Assembly: GCA_041742075.1 (NCBI GenBank)
Contig: JBGSJJ010000013.1
Span: 1,801-65,800, forward strand
Direction of reading: 5' to 3'
Length of the DNA stretch: 64,000 nt
From: Minisyncoccia bacterium
GTDB lineage: Bacteria > Patescibacteriota > Minisyncoccia > Phycocordibacterales > UBA918
Shown here: one piece after another, positions 55,357-64,000 of the stretch
Position numbering within the stretch: the stretch's first letter is position 1
Layout of the letters: each line of letters begins with the position of its first letter
The notes under the pieces: generated by a model
The model's database searches: none
What the model saw: the letters and a program-made list of their open reading frames with translations, nothing else
Told to the model about the DNA's origin: nothing
Translations under genes and position numbers: made by a program

Positions 55357-56001
55357 TTAGGCTTTAAGTTGCTTAAGCGCCTCTACTGCTGCGCGAGCGT
55401 TGTTAAGCTTGTTCTTTGAACGAGAGAAGATTTTGGCTGTTACGTCTTTGACGCCACCGAGCTCGAGCACGGTACGAACTGACGAACCAGCTACGAGTCC
55501 ACGGCCTGGAGCCGGCATAATCATAACTTCACTTGAAGCGTATTTTACCTGGACGTCGTGCGGGATGTGACTATCTTTGTTCATTGGGATAGTAATCATG
55601 TTCTTTTTAGCGTCGCGCATTGCTTTTTCAATCGCAAGCTGAGTATCACCGGCTTTACCGATACCAACGCCTACCTTTCCTTTCTTGTCTCCCAAGACCA
55701 TCGCAACTGAGAAAGAGAATCGTCGTCCGCCAGCCATAACTCGAGTTACTCGACGAATACTGATGATTTTCTGTTCGAACTCTTGACGAGGTCGTTCTTC
55801 GCGACGTCCACCGCGCCGTGGCCGGCGTGGGTTACGCTTATCATTACTCTGACCACGCGGACCGTACGGACGATCACCCGGCGTTGCTGGGGTCGTTGTG
55901 TCGGCAGCGGGTGCATCGGTAGCAGTCACTTCTTCGACTGCTGGTGTTGAGGCAGTGGTTCCTTCCTCAACAGTTGTAGCTTCCTGCTTTGTTTCACTCA
56001 T
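55357..56001 (-). CDS. rpsE: 30S ribosomal protein S5 with Ala/Thr/Glu-rich N-terminal extension
   Basis: VTRVMAGGRRFSFSVAMVLGDKKGKVGVGIGKA. Directly abuts rplO with no L30 gene. Confidence 0.9.
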   Translation of the reverse strand: MSETKQEATTVEEGTTASTPAVEEVTATDAPAADTTTPATPGDRPYGPRGQSNDKRNPRRPRRGGRREERPRQEFEQKIISIRRVTRVMAGGRRFSFSVAMVLGDKKGKVGVGIGKAGDTQLAIEKAMRDAKKNMITIPMNKDSHIPHDVQVKYASSEVMIMPAPGRGLVAGSSVRTVLELGGVKDVTAKIFSRSKNKLNNARAAVEALKQLKA

Positions 56002-56027
56002 AACGTAACTAAAATTAACTTCGATAA

Positions 56028-56378
56028 TTAAAAGACCAGTCCTTCAGTTCGAGCACCTTCGGCGACCGCTTTCACGACACCGATGTACTTAAAGCCTCCT
56101 CGGTCAAACACGATGGTGGTTACACCAAGCTTCTTTGCCTTTGAGGCAATCTCAGCACCAACTTCAGTTCCCTTAAGAAGCAAGGTCGCTCCTTTGGCAG
56201 TTCGTGAGTCAGCACTCGCAATAGTGGTAGCTGTATCGTCGTTGATGAGCTGGGCGTAGATAGCTCGGTTACTGCGGAACACCGCTAAGCGAGGCTTTGT
56301 AGCTGTACCAATCACCCGAGCGCGGATACGCGCATGGCGGCGAACACGGCTGTCTTTCTTTTGTGTTGCAGATTTCAT
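56028..56378 (-). CDS. rplR: 50S ribosomal protein L18
   Basis: [34 protein letters not shown]. Confidence 0.9.
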   Translation of the reverse strand: [116 protein letters not shown]

Positions 56379-56518
56379 AGTTTTGCTTGAATCGTATAAA
56401 AGTTTTAGTTTGAGATGCAGTGCGAGGCGCGAGTCAAAATTTTTACGAGGCGTATGTAGGTATACGGTGAGTAAAAATTTTGATGAAGCAACAAAGCAAT
56501 GCGCTCAAATAAACTTTT

Positions 56519-57052
56519 TTATACGGCTTTCTTACCTTGCTTACGAATAATATGTTCCCCCTTATACCGAATCCCCTTCCCCTTGTACGGTTCTGGCTTA
56601 CGTACCTTTCGTACGTTCGCAGCAAACTGTCCAATGGCGTGCTTATCAAAGCCCATCAGGGTAATTGAGCCTTTTTCTACCGTTGCTGAAATACCAGTTG
56701 GTATTTCCATCACCACTGGATGAGAGTAACCAACACTGAGTGTTAGCTTCTGACCTTGGGCTTCGGCTCGGTACCCCACTCCTTCGATTTCAAGTACGCG
56801 AGTAAAACCTTCAGTCACTCCAGTAATCATGTTTCGTACAATAGAAGCGTAGGTGCCCCAAAGTGCCCGTGCTTCTATAGTCTGCTTCTTTGGTTCCAAT
56901 GTCAGGATGCCGTCCTCAATCTTGAGTGCGACAACGGGACGAATGGCTTCAGTAAGAGTTCCTTTTGGTCCAGTTACCGTAAGTACACCATCAGTAAAAC
57001 TGGCGGTGACACCGGCTGGAAGGGTTACTGGTTGTTTTCCTAATCGACTCAT
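56519..57052 (-). CDS. rplF: 50S ribosomal protein L6
   Basis: MSRLGKQPVTLPAGVT... Confidence 0.9.
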   Translation of the reverse strand: MSRLGKQPVTLPAGVTASFTDGVLTVTGPKGTLTEAIRPVVALKIEDGILTLEPKKQTIEARALWGTYASIVRNMITGVTEGFTRVLEIEGVGYRAEAQGQKLTLSVGYSHPVVMEIPTGISATVEKGSITLMGFDKHAIGQFAANVRKVRKPEPYKGKGIRYKGEHIIRKQGKKAV

Positions 57053-57058
57053 ATGTTG

Positions 57059-57454
57059 TTACCAGATGATGAAGAGTTGTTCACCTCCGACTTGCTTTTC
57101 GCGTGCCTCTTCTCCGGTTAAGATACCGGCTGGCGTCGAAAGGATCATGTGACCCTTACCAAATTTTACTGGATAAATATCGGTGACCTTAATGTAGAGA
57201 CGTCGTCCCGGCTTTGAGATACGCTTTACACCACGAATCGTGTGTACCTCCCCTTCAGCGTACTTAAGCGTAACCGCAAGGTCAGCTCCTACTTTTTTGC
57301 TTTGCTTCTCGACTCCAGAAACATAGCCTGCTTCATGCAACTTCTTAGCAATTGCATGCTTCAACTTTGAGTATGGAAGGGTAACTGTGCTTTTGCCAGC
57401 CATGCCTCCATTCTTAAGTTGGATAATGAAATCTCCTACTGTATCGCTTACCAT
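57059..57454 (-). CDS. rpsH: 30S ribosomal protein S8
   Basis: MVSDTVGDFIIQLKNG... Confidence 0.9.
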   Translation of the reverse strand: MVSDTVGDFIIQLKNGGMAGKSTVTLPYSKLKHAIAKKLHEAGYVSGVEKQSKKVGADLAVTLKYAEGEVHTIRGVKRISKPGRRLYIKVTDIYPVKFGKGHMILSTPAGILTGEEAREKQVGGEQLFIIW

Positions 57455-57633
57455 GATGATTTCTTTATGCCTGGTATAGTGCCTTCATTTGCTCCTTCAC
57501 GGAAACAAATACGACAAAGGTCGAAGTCTCGCATGTAGCCTCGCTTACGACCACACTGGTTGCAGCGTCGTACCACTTGAGACTTGAACTTTGGTGTACG
57601 CATTGCGCGTATCAAGATTGACTTTCGTGCCAC
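57448..57633 (-). CDS. rpsZ: 30S ribosomal protein S14 type Z (zinc-ribbon form)
   Basis: 61 aa with CNQCGR...CRIC. Confidence 0.9.
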   Translation of the reverse strand: MARKSILIRAMRTPKFKSQVVRRCNQCGRKRGYMRDFDLCRICFREGANEGTIPGIKKSSW

Positions 57634-58016
57634 GTTTTTTGTCTTATGGGTGGGACAGTATCATGTAGAAACCATGACTTGTCCCCTAATAATCCGACCA
57701 AAACTGGTGGTTTTGGTCTTCGGCGTATACACAAACGAGCGCCTTCCGAGTTAAAACAATAGTTTTATTGCTCGGCGCGTCTCACTCACAACAGATTGTT
57801 TAGAATCAGGAGAGGTTTTGCGTATCTCGCTTCGGGGGCAATAGTACCAGAATACGGAGAAATAACAAGGTCTTACTGCGCTGGAGTAGAGCATCACTCC
57901 ACCTGACGTATCTTCATAGTTTTATATGCTTCATAGTTGAAGTAAGTATAAGAAAAGCCCCGGCACATAATGCGCCGGAGCTGAGACTCACCGAGATGAG
58001 CAAGGAACCTGAAGAA

Positions 58017-59114
58017 CTAGAGGTTCGAGAGCGAGCCGATGATGCGCTCCATCACCAGCGCGCTGGGCATCGGCATCACCTTGTTGATGGAGGCGGGGAT
58101 GCCGGTCACCGTGAGCACGGTTGGGTCGGATTCCACACCGACGAAGCCGGAACGAAACCCATGTTGGCTCCAAGCAATGGCCTGGATGCGCGGATCTCGA
58201 AACGCTTCAGTGAGTCGTTCGCACTCGGGCTTGAGCACGATGAGCGGGTGAGAGGAAAAGATGGTTGGTTCTGGGTACAGGATGTTTATCTGCTCCTTGA
58301 TGACCGTCTGATACTCAGGATGCTTAAGGATGAACTCCGGCAACTGACTCTCGTAGCCGACGATCATCGGCCGAGCGCCCATTCCTTGGTTGAGGAAGTT
58401 CTCGAAGATATCCCCCGAACCCTCTTCCATGAAACCCATGGAGCGAAAGTAGGCGACGAGCTGCGGAAGGACGTTGTCCACCGTCGTTTCGTCGATGACC
58501 TCGCCGTTGTTCAGCATGCCGGCGAGAAGTGCCGCCCACATGTTGCCCGAGTTCGACTTCCTCGGGTCGCTGGAGAAGACCTTGATCGAACCGTAGAGGT
58601 CGAGACCGAGGGATTCCCATTTCTCCTTTGCCGCCGCGAGTTTGATGAGCTCTTGTGGCTTGATGATATAGTGGGTGTTCTCCCGCTCTTCAACAATCCC
58701 TGCCTTCGTGAGCGCGGCGGTAACCGGCGCCCATGTGTAGAAGACGATGGGACTGTTGAAGATGACCTGGTCAGAGATGACGGATTTGCCACTCCTGCGT
58801 GCCAATTCCACCGCCACTTGGTTGCTCGGCCAGATGCAGTGCTGGTCGGTCGTGTTGTCGGTTGTCGACATCGCGATCGAACCGCGTCGCGTGCCGTTGA
58901 GTTGGATTTTGTAGTCCTCGTCGAGGATGGCGAGAACCTCCGGGTTGTTCAGAAACCCCTCTTTCTCGCCGCCATAGTAGAGGTTAAGCGTGAGCGGAGC
59001 GAGTCGCTCGGGGACCTTGCGCTTGAGGCTATCGAAGTCGACCATCGTCAGTATAAGAACGACGACTGCGACCACGATCAGCACTGCGAGGCCCATAAGT
59101 TTCCTCAGGTTCAT
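58017..59114 (-). CDS. membrane-anchored solute-binding-protein-like protein
   Basis: N-terminal TM helix, then a roughly 330-aa periplasmic-binding-protein-like domain. Confidence 0.4.
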   Translation of the reverse strand: MNLRKLMGLAVLIVVAVVVLILTMVDFDSLKRKVPERLAPLTLNLYYGGEKEGFLNNPEVLAILDEDYKIQLNGTRRGSIAMSTTDNTTDQHCIWPSNQVAVELARRSGKSVISDQVIFNSPIVFYTWAPVTAALTKAGIVEERENTHYIIKPQELIKLAAAKEKWESLGLDLYGSIKVFSSDPRKSNSGNMWAALLAGMLNNGEVIDETTVDNVLPQLVAYFRSMGFMEEGSGDIFENFLNQGMGARPMIVGYESQLPEFILKHPEYQTVIKEQINILYPEPTIFSSHPLIVLKPECERLTEAFRDPRIQAIAWSQHGFRSGFVGVESDPTVLTVTGIPASINKVMPMPSALVMERIIGSLSNL

Positions 59115-59725
59115 CGTTCGTATCTCCTTTTGTCATCAATCAGCTCGCCCGCAACATCAGCGGTGCGAGTGAGTTGTTCCAGGTTGGTTTCGAGGCACTC
59201 ATCGCGCATTTGCCGAATGCGAGTCCGGAAGGTATCAATGATGCGCCGTCGAACCGCGTCGAGTTTGATCACGGTGTCTGTACCCCGACTATGCCGCCAA
59301 AGACGGACGTACTCGGTAGAAACCGTGGGTACATCGGCGAAATCGACGATGCGGGTTTTCACAATCCGTATCCCTCGGGGATACTCGTTGCAAAAACGAA
59401 CAACCGCGTAGAGGTCTTCGGCCATTTCGGCGAATACGGGCTGCATCGTCGGGTCGCCGTCCTCGGCGGACAGTTTCTTAAGACCATCTGCGATGGTCTG
59501 TAGGTTTGCGAGCAACGCTTTGAAGCGGTCGCGTCGCATACCAGCATCCCATAGAAATTCAAGATTCGCTGGCGGCTTCACATCGATGATGACCGCTACT
59601 GCCAAGAAGGCAATAACAGCCAGAATCAGTGCGAGCCACCAAACCAGCTGCACCGGCAGAAATAGGACCAAGAAGATCACAACTCCGACCGCTGCAGCGA
59701 TGAGCTGTCGCATGGTTTCTGTCAT
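59111..59725 (-). CDS. 2-TM membrane protein with cytoplasmic helical domain (XpaC-like architecture)
   Basis: Two N-terminal TM helices then about 140 aa predicted helical. The architecture resembles the XpaC family. Homology not verified. Confidence 0.35.
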   Translation of the reverse strand: MTETMRQLIAAAVGVVIFLVLFLPVQLVWWLALILAVIAFLAVAVIIDVKPPANLEFLWDAGMRRDRFKALLANLQTIADGLKKLSAEDGDPTMQPVFAEMAEDLYAVVRFCNEYPRGIRIVKTRIVDFADVPTVSTEYVRLWRHSRGTDTVIKLDAVRRRIIDTFRTRIRQMRDECLETNLEQLTRTADVAGELIDDKRRYER

Positions 59726-59779
59726 AGCTCTAACTCCGCGTGAGGGGAAGGGTGCGCGGCCTCAGGCCGCACTTAGCGT

Positions 59780-61411
59780 TTAGTTGTACCCCTTGACACT
59801 GCGAAGCGTCGCCGGGAGGTCACCCTTGCTGTCGAAGTAGCGTCCAACCGTCAGTGTGGTCAGCTGCTGCAGCTCGGTAGTATCGGCACCGCCGAAGGCG
59901 ATGGCGTTGATTGGCACATCCGACATGAACGAGTACCCCGAAAGGAATCGTTCAAAGTCTTGCGCTTTCATGCCAGCATTCGTTTCGCCATCAGTCATCG
60001 CGTTGATAGCGACGAGGTAGTTGTCGAGCCGGCCTGAGGCTGCGTACGGAGCGATTTCGCGCACCGCTTGAGCCAAGCCTTCATACAACGCTGTTGCAGA
60101 TCCCAGATCGATGGCTTGGGTGTTATTGAGCAGACGAGCGACCTTAGTCGGCTCGTTGCCCTCAACCACCCACACGTCTTGCACAGAGCCCGCGAACGTG
60201 ACGACGATAGTGACGTCGTTCGGTCCGAGTTGGAGCAGGTTGGCAGCGGCAGTTTCGGGATCGAGAAGGTTTTCCATCGCCTTCTTTAGCCCCTCGATGC
60301 CACGTCCAGACATACTGCTCGACGCGTCGAGCACCCATGCTGTCAATGACGGTTTGCGAAGACCGGTCTGGTACAGGTTGAGTGCGGTCTCAATGACCTC
60401 CTGAGTAGGCACCGGCACCGACGCAATGATGCGCTTGGTGTCGATACCCCAGTCGGGGTTGAAGACCGTCGGATCGACCGTGCCAGCGTTAAGGCCGATA
60501 AGGCCCGTACGCCGACCAGTCGCCTTGATGGCGTCTTGTGTCTCAGGCGTAAGCAAGTGAGCCTGAAGCTCGAGGAAGAGTGTTTCCTTTGCTTCGATCC
60601 CATGATCCACGTAGCCGAGCGGGCTATCAGAGACCATGATGGCGTCGCGTGGGTAGACTGCACAGAGCGGTTCGTGGCCACGGTTGATGAGACCGGGCAC
60701 GAACTTCCCTTTCTCGTTCCAGCCGAGATTGGCTTCGATGATCATGCTCTCGTAGTTGAACATAGCATCGAAACGATGCGGGTTCTCGACGACGAGAGTG
60801 CGCAACCAGCCCGAGCTTCCTGCGCTCCGGTCAACGGTCGCAAGGAAGCGCTTCAGATCAGCCTGCACTTGCCGATCCTCGAGTTGCTCAAGAGTCAGTA
60901 CATCTGGACTGCCTGAGAGGGCATAGAGCGCTCCGATGTAGGCCGAAGCGCCGCTATTGGACTGCGTCGCCGAAGTCATCGTGAGCGTGAATGCCCCTTG
61001 GTCCGCGGCCGCGATGATGTCGGCCATGGTGACGTCGGTATCGCTTATCCAGCCGAGTCGGTTGGCGATTGAGCAGTTAAGACCGAGCACAACCGGCGAA
61101 CGCATGATCGACGCCGTGTGCGCGACCGTATTGTTGCGGTCGCCGAGGGCGATCCAAAGCTGGTTCGCCGGCCACACCGCGTCGTACGCACAGCCGGTCT
61201 CGGCCTGCAGGCAGCGGGCGATGTCCACACTACCGAGATAGTCGATGTCAATCGTGATACCTTTCTCTTCAGCGAACGCCGTGATGATTGGCTCGAGGCC
61301 TTCGTTCTCGGATCCCGAGACGATGGTGAATGTTCGTTGCGGTTGTGCCTCATCGCAGGCGGCGAGGGCACAGAGCCCAGCGACTAGGCCACAGAGTACG
61401 TGTTTGGACAT
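59780..61411 (-). CDS. lipoprotein with N-terminal binding-protein-like region and C-terminal vWA domain
   Basis: Lipobox LCALAAC. MIDAS motif WVLDASSSMSG. The start was moved to MSKHVLCG at 61411. Confidence 0.55.
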   Translation of the reverse strand: MSKHVLCGLVAGLCALAACDEAQPQRTFTIVSGSENEGLEPIITAFAEEKGITIDIDYLGSVDIARCLQAETGCAYDAVWPANQLWIALGDRNNTVAHTASIMRSPVVLGLNCSIANRLGWISDTDVTMADIIAAADQGAFTLTMTSATQSNSGASAYIGALYALSGSPDVLTLEQLEDRQVQADLKRFLATVDRSAGSSGWLRTLVVENPHRFDAMFNYESMIIEANLGWNEKGKFVPGLINRGHEPLCAVYPRDAIMVSDSPLGYVDHGIEAKETLFLELQAHLLTPETQDAIKATGRRTGLIGLNAGTVDPTVFNPDWGIDTKRIIASVPVPTQEVIETALNLYQTGLRKPSLTAWVLDASSSMSGRGIEGLKKAMENLLDPETAAANLLQLGPNDVTIVVTFAGSVQDVWVVEGNEPTKVARLLNNTQAIDLGSATALYEGLAQAVREIAPYAASGRLDNYLVAINAMTDGETNAGMKAQDFERFLSGYSFMSDVPINAIAFGGADTTELQQLTTLTVGRYFDSKGDLPATLRSVKGYN

Positions 61412-61544
61412 TGGGTATTTCTCTCTTCTCTTGTTGAATTGTGAAGGACAGTTCGGCTTGTTTTGCAACCAAAACCCCCTAATTTATTAGCACAAAAAAT
61501 GTGAAAAGTCAATAGATTACTAAATATTTTAAATAACTAACAAC

Positions 61545-61581
61545 AAACAGCCGGCACCCTTTTGGGGTGCCGGCTGTTTGT
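61545..61581. terminator. terminator hairpin (aaacagccggcacccc / ggggtgccggctgttt) immediately 3-prime of rplE
   Basis: 16-bp stem. It interrupts the ribosomal operon upstream of the GC-rich cassette. Confidence 0.75.
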
Positions 61582-61605
61582 AACTTGCAACGGTTTAGTT
61601 TTTGA

Positions 61606-62196
61606 CTAGCGTCGCTTCTTCACTACTTTCTTCTTTGGAGCTGCGCCAGCTTCCATAAGTGGAAGGCCGATGTGCCTAAGTAGTGCTTCGGCTTCAGCTT
61701 TACTCTTAGCAGTCGTAACAATCGTAATCGCTAAGCCAAAGACGTCACGAATTTCTTCATCAACTGTCTCTGGAAAAATAGTGTGTTCAGGTAGACCAAT
61801 CGTGATGTTCCCCATCTCGTCAATCGCTGTTGGACGAAGACCTCGAAAGTCTCGTGTCTGTGGCAAGGCTAGGTTGATAAACTTATCGAGGAAACTTTCC
61901 ATCTGCTTGCCACGCAAGGTGACTTGGTAGCCGATGATTTCTCCCTCTCGTAGTTTGAACGAAGCGATTGATTGCTTTGCTCCCCGAGCAGCTGCCTTCT
62001 GACCAGTGATTTGAGCGAGTCGGTCTTGGATGAGGGCAAGCTTCTGCTTGTCTTCAATTTTTCCAACACCGGTTGAGACAACAACTTTCTCGATTCTCGG
62101 AGCTTGCATCACGTTCTTGTAGTTGAACGTTCCCTTAAGTGCATCGTATGATGACTTAATCTGCTCTTTCATGGTTGGTTTGGTAGTAGTTGTCAT
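61606..62196 (-). CDS. rplE: 50S ribosomal protein L5
   Basis: Sits between rplX and the expected rpsZ position. Confidence 0.9.
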   Translation of the reverse strand: MTTTTKPTMKEQIKSSYDALKGTFNYKNVMQAPRIEKVVVSTGVGKIEDKQKLALIQDRLAQITGQKAAARGAKQSIASFKLREGEIIGYQVTLRGKQMESFLDKFINLALPQTRDFRGLRPTAIDEMGNITIGLPEHTIFPETVDEEIRDVFGLAITIVTTAKSKAEAEALLRHIGLPLMEAGAAPKKKVVKKRR

Positions 62197-62199
62197 AGG

Positions 62200-62511
62200 C
62201 TATAGTTTCTTACCAGAAGGACGCGCAACGCGAACCTTCTTTGTTTTTTCACCATTTTTTTCGACCGTATACCCAACTCGTACTGGCTTTCCGCCAACAG
62301 CAAACGCAACGTTTGATACGTGGATTGGCATACTCATTTCAATAATCTGCCCTTGTGAGCGAGTTCGCTTGTTTCGCTTGTGCTTACTCACCACATTTAC
62401 CCCATCAACAACTACTTGTTCAGTAGCTTGTAGAGTATTTTGTACGGTACCAGTCTTACCTTTATCTTTACCAGCGATGACTATTACGCTGTCTCCTTTT
62501 TTAATTTTCAT
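62200..62511 (-). CDS. rplX: 50S ribosomal protein L24
   Basis: MKIKKGDSVIVIAGKDKGKTGTV (KOW motif). Confidence 0.9.
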   Translation of the reverse strand: MKIKKGDSVIVIAGKDKGKTGTVQNTLQATEQVVVDGVNVVSKHKRNKRTRSQGQIIEMSMPIHVSNVAFAVGGKPVRVGYTVEKNGEKTKKVRVARPSGKKL

Positions 62512-62522
62512 AATGGTATCGG

Positions 62523-62894
62523 TTAAACGACTTCAGGTGCCAGTGACACAATCTTCTGATAACCGGCTTCAGCGAGCTCACGAGGAATTGGACCAAACAC
62601 ACGGTTTGCCTTTGGTTCCTTCTTTACCTTATCGACAATCACCACGGCGTTATCGTCAAATGAGACATATGAACCGTCTTTTCGTCGGTACGGCTTTCTT
62701 TGTCGTACTACCACGCCACAGACCACATCCTTCTTCTTCACTTGCTTGCGTGGTTCTGCAGTTTGAACTGACAGAATAACGAGTTCGCCTAGTTCTGCGT
62801 AGCGCTTCTTTGAACCACCGAGGACTTTGAACACGCGACCAATCTTGGCGCCTGAGTTATCGGTGATTTTCACAATTGTTTGTGGCTGAATCAT
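62523..62894 (-). CDS. rplN: 50S ribosomal protein L14
   Basis: MIQPQTIVKITDNSGAK. Confidence 0.9.
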   Translation of the reverse strand: MIQPQTIVKITDNSGAKIGRVFKVLGGSKKRYAELGELVILSVQTAEPRKQVKKKDVVCGVVVRQRKPYRRKDGSYVSFDDNAVVIVDKVKKEPKANRVFGPIPRELAEAGYQKIVSLAPEVV

Positions 62895-62895
62895 A

Positions 62896-63156
62896 TTATT
62901 TTACTAAGATGAATCGCTTGCGCTTACTAAGCGGGCGGGTTTCTTTAATTTCGACCTGTGTTCCCACTACTGCTGTATTGCCCTTGTCGTGAACTAAGAA
63001 CTTCTTGGTTCGACGTTGAAACTTCTTGTACTTCGGATGCTTCACGTATCGTTCTACCGCTACCGTACACGTATCAATCATCTTACTTGCGACTACCGTA
63101 CCCTTAAGGACACGTCCGTTTGAGGTAATAGTCTCTTTAGTTACTACTTCTGTCAT
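62896..63156 (-). CDS. rpsQ: 30S ribosomal protein S17
   Basis: 86 aa, RVLKGTVVASKMIDTCTVAV. Confidence 0.9.
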   Translation of the reverse strand: MTEVVTKETITSNGRVLKGTVVASKMIDTCTVAVERYVKHPKYKKFQRRTKKFLVHDKGNTAVVGTQVEIKETRPLSKRKRFILVK

Positions 63157-63158
63157 AT

Positions 63159-63374
63159 TTATTTTGCAGTCTTCGCACGCTCTTCTCGCGCACGTCGATT
63201 AAGCTCGGTTAAGCTTCGGGCAATTTCCTTTTTAGAAGTTCGAACCGCACGAACATTTCGAGTTGCTGAACCAGCAACACCGAAACGAAAGGCGCGTACC
63301 GCTTCACGCTCTGTAGCTACATCAGCAATAAGGTCTTTTTCTGACTTTGTTGTCAAATCTGTTTTCTTACTCAT
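63159..63374 (-). CDS. rpmC: 50S ribosomal protein L29
   Basis: 71 aa, helical, between rplP and rpsQ. Confidence 0.85.
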   Translation of the reverse strand: MSKKTDLTTKSEKDLIADVATEREAVRAFRFGVAGSATRNVRAVRTSKKEIARSLTELNRRAREERAKTAK

Positions 63375-63385
63375 ATACCTAAGCG

Positions 63386-63820
63386 TTACATGCGGGTCTC
63401 CTCACGACGGACAAACTTGCCTTTGAGTGGTAGTTTTGCCGTAGCCTTCCGTAGCGCTTCACGCGCTAGTTCTTCAGGAACACCGTCAATTTCGAATAAT
63501 ACACGACCTGGTTGGACTTCAAACATAAAGTATTCTGGATCTCCTTTTCCTTTACCCATCGGGAGTTCAGCTGCTTTTTTGGTAGCTGGTCGGTCTGGGA
63601 AAATACGAATCCAAATTTTACCTGTCTTGCCAAGTGTTCTTGAGATAACTCGACGAGCAGCTTCAATTTGGTTTGAGCGAACACGAGCTGAGGTAACGGC
63701 CTTTAGTCCATATGAACCAAATGCCACACTCACGCCACGGGTATCCGGAAGCATCCGACGCGCTTCGCTCTTGCGACCTACTTGCCACTTACGGTGTTTT
63801 ACTTTTTTTGGAAATAACAT
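63386..63820 (-). CDS. rplP: 50S ribosomal protein L16
   Basis: MLFPKKVKHRKWQ... Confidence 0.9.
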   Translation of the reverse strand: MLFPKKVKHRKWQVGRKSEARRMLPDTRGVSVAFGSYGLKAVTSARVRSNQIEAARRVISRTLGKTGKIWIRIFPDRPATKKAAELPMGKGKGDPEYFMFEVQPGRVLFEIDGVPEELAREALRKATAKLPLKGKFVRREETRM

Positions 63821-63832
63821 AGTGAGTGAGAG

Positions 63833-64000
63833 TTAGGCGCGAGTAGCACGGGTTGGTGTAGGCTTCTTTTCTTCTTGGTTAGCTTTGCGGTCAGCAAAGA
63901 CGTCACCTCGATAGACCCATACCTTTACACCAATCACACCGTACGGGAGATTTGCTCGTTCACGAGCAAAGTCAATGTCAGCACGAAGTGTCTGGAGAGG
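63833..64000 (-). CDS. rpsC: 30S ribosomal protein S3, C-terminal part (partial at window end)
   Basis: The minus frame reads ...[54 protein letters not shown]. Confidence 0.8.
   Translation of the reverse strand, partial: PLQTLRADIDFARERANLPYGVIGVKVWVYRGDVFADRKANQEEKKPTPTRATRA

Larger units (their letters stand above)
57996..61470. mobile_element. GC-rich three-gene cassette inserted inside the ribosomal-protein cluster between rplE and rpsZ
   Basis: About 60% GC against about 47% for the flanking ribosomal-protein genes. A strong terminator lies right after rplE, and a 360-bp non-coding gap precedes rpsZ. No recombinase or repeats were seen. Confidence 0.4.

Noticed and set aside
57996-59411. 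ORF 57996-59411 (+), 471 aa
   Set aside because: Antisense to the SBP-like and 2-TM genes, with Arg/His/Asp-rich low-complexity translation.
1-64000. Genome-wide UGA reassignment (genetic code 25, as in some CPR lineages)
   Set aside because: Large genes (recG, ftsH, xfp) are uninterrupted and several genes clearly terminate at TGA. The two in-frame TGA junctions are treated as local events.
1-64000. CRISPR arrays
   Set aside because: No run of regularly spaced short direct repeats was found. The only tandem repeat is the intragenic 237-bp duplication at 16451-16753.

Overview
The window looks like a fragment of a small, moderate-GC (about 45-48%) Patescibacteria/CPR-type chromosome, probably Saccharibacteria-like. 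This rests on the gene content: a phosphoketolase plus acetate kinase pair, and a ribosomal-protein cluster in which rpsE runs directly into rplO with no rpmD (L30). Core content that can be supported is as follows. A long run of the S10/spc ribosomal cluster reads rpsC(partial)-rplP-rpmC-rpsQ-rplN-rplX-rplE, then a break, then rpsZ-rpsH-rplF-rplR-rpsE-rplO-secY. Also present are two adenylate-kinase paralogs plus map and ndk, cmk, infC-rpmI-rplT, recG, ftsH, smpB followed by a tmRNA, one tRNA-Ile with the unusual UAU anticodon, malic enzyme, and an MFS transporter. A HlyD/FtsX/ABC (MacAB-like) exporter sits next to a secreted PKD-repeat protein. There are many secreted or membrane proteins: a signal-peptide ClpP-like peptidase, SH3b, cohesin-dockerin, YceI, patatin and a PLA2-like lipase, and an alpha/beta hydrolase. 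A SET-domain methyltransferase and two HNH-like basic proteins are also present. Superimposed on this backbone are at least six compositionally distinct GC-rich (about 58-65%) islets, and at least three of them show insertion signatures. (1) A roughly 4.7 kb segment is flanked by identical 31-bp direct repeats and duplicates the 3-prime end of a yceI-like gene. It carries a four-gene operon: an NrtR-like Nudix regulator, a J-domain fused to a protein-kinase-like domain, a vWA protein and an adenylosuccinate-synthetase (PurA)-like enzyme. To my knowledge this arrangement is not an established system, and I flag it as the most interesting candidate. (2) The tmRNA 3-prime end is followed by direct and inverted copies of its own terminus and by a HigB/HigA-like toxin-antitoxin pair. 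(3) A GC-rich three-gene cassette (vWA lipoprotein, 2-TM protein, SBP-like protein) is inserted inside the ribosomal-protein cluster between rplE and rpsZ. Other GC-rich islets carry two RTX calcium-binding repeat proteins, a cold-shock-domain gene interrupted by an in-frame TGA, a 44-aa His/Gly/Asp-rich small gene, and a 761-aa protein of unknown function. All calls are from reading the sequence and ORF translations by eye; no searches were run.
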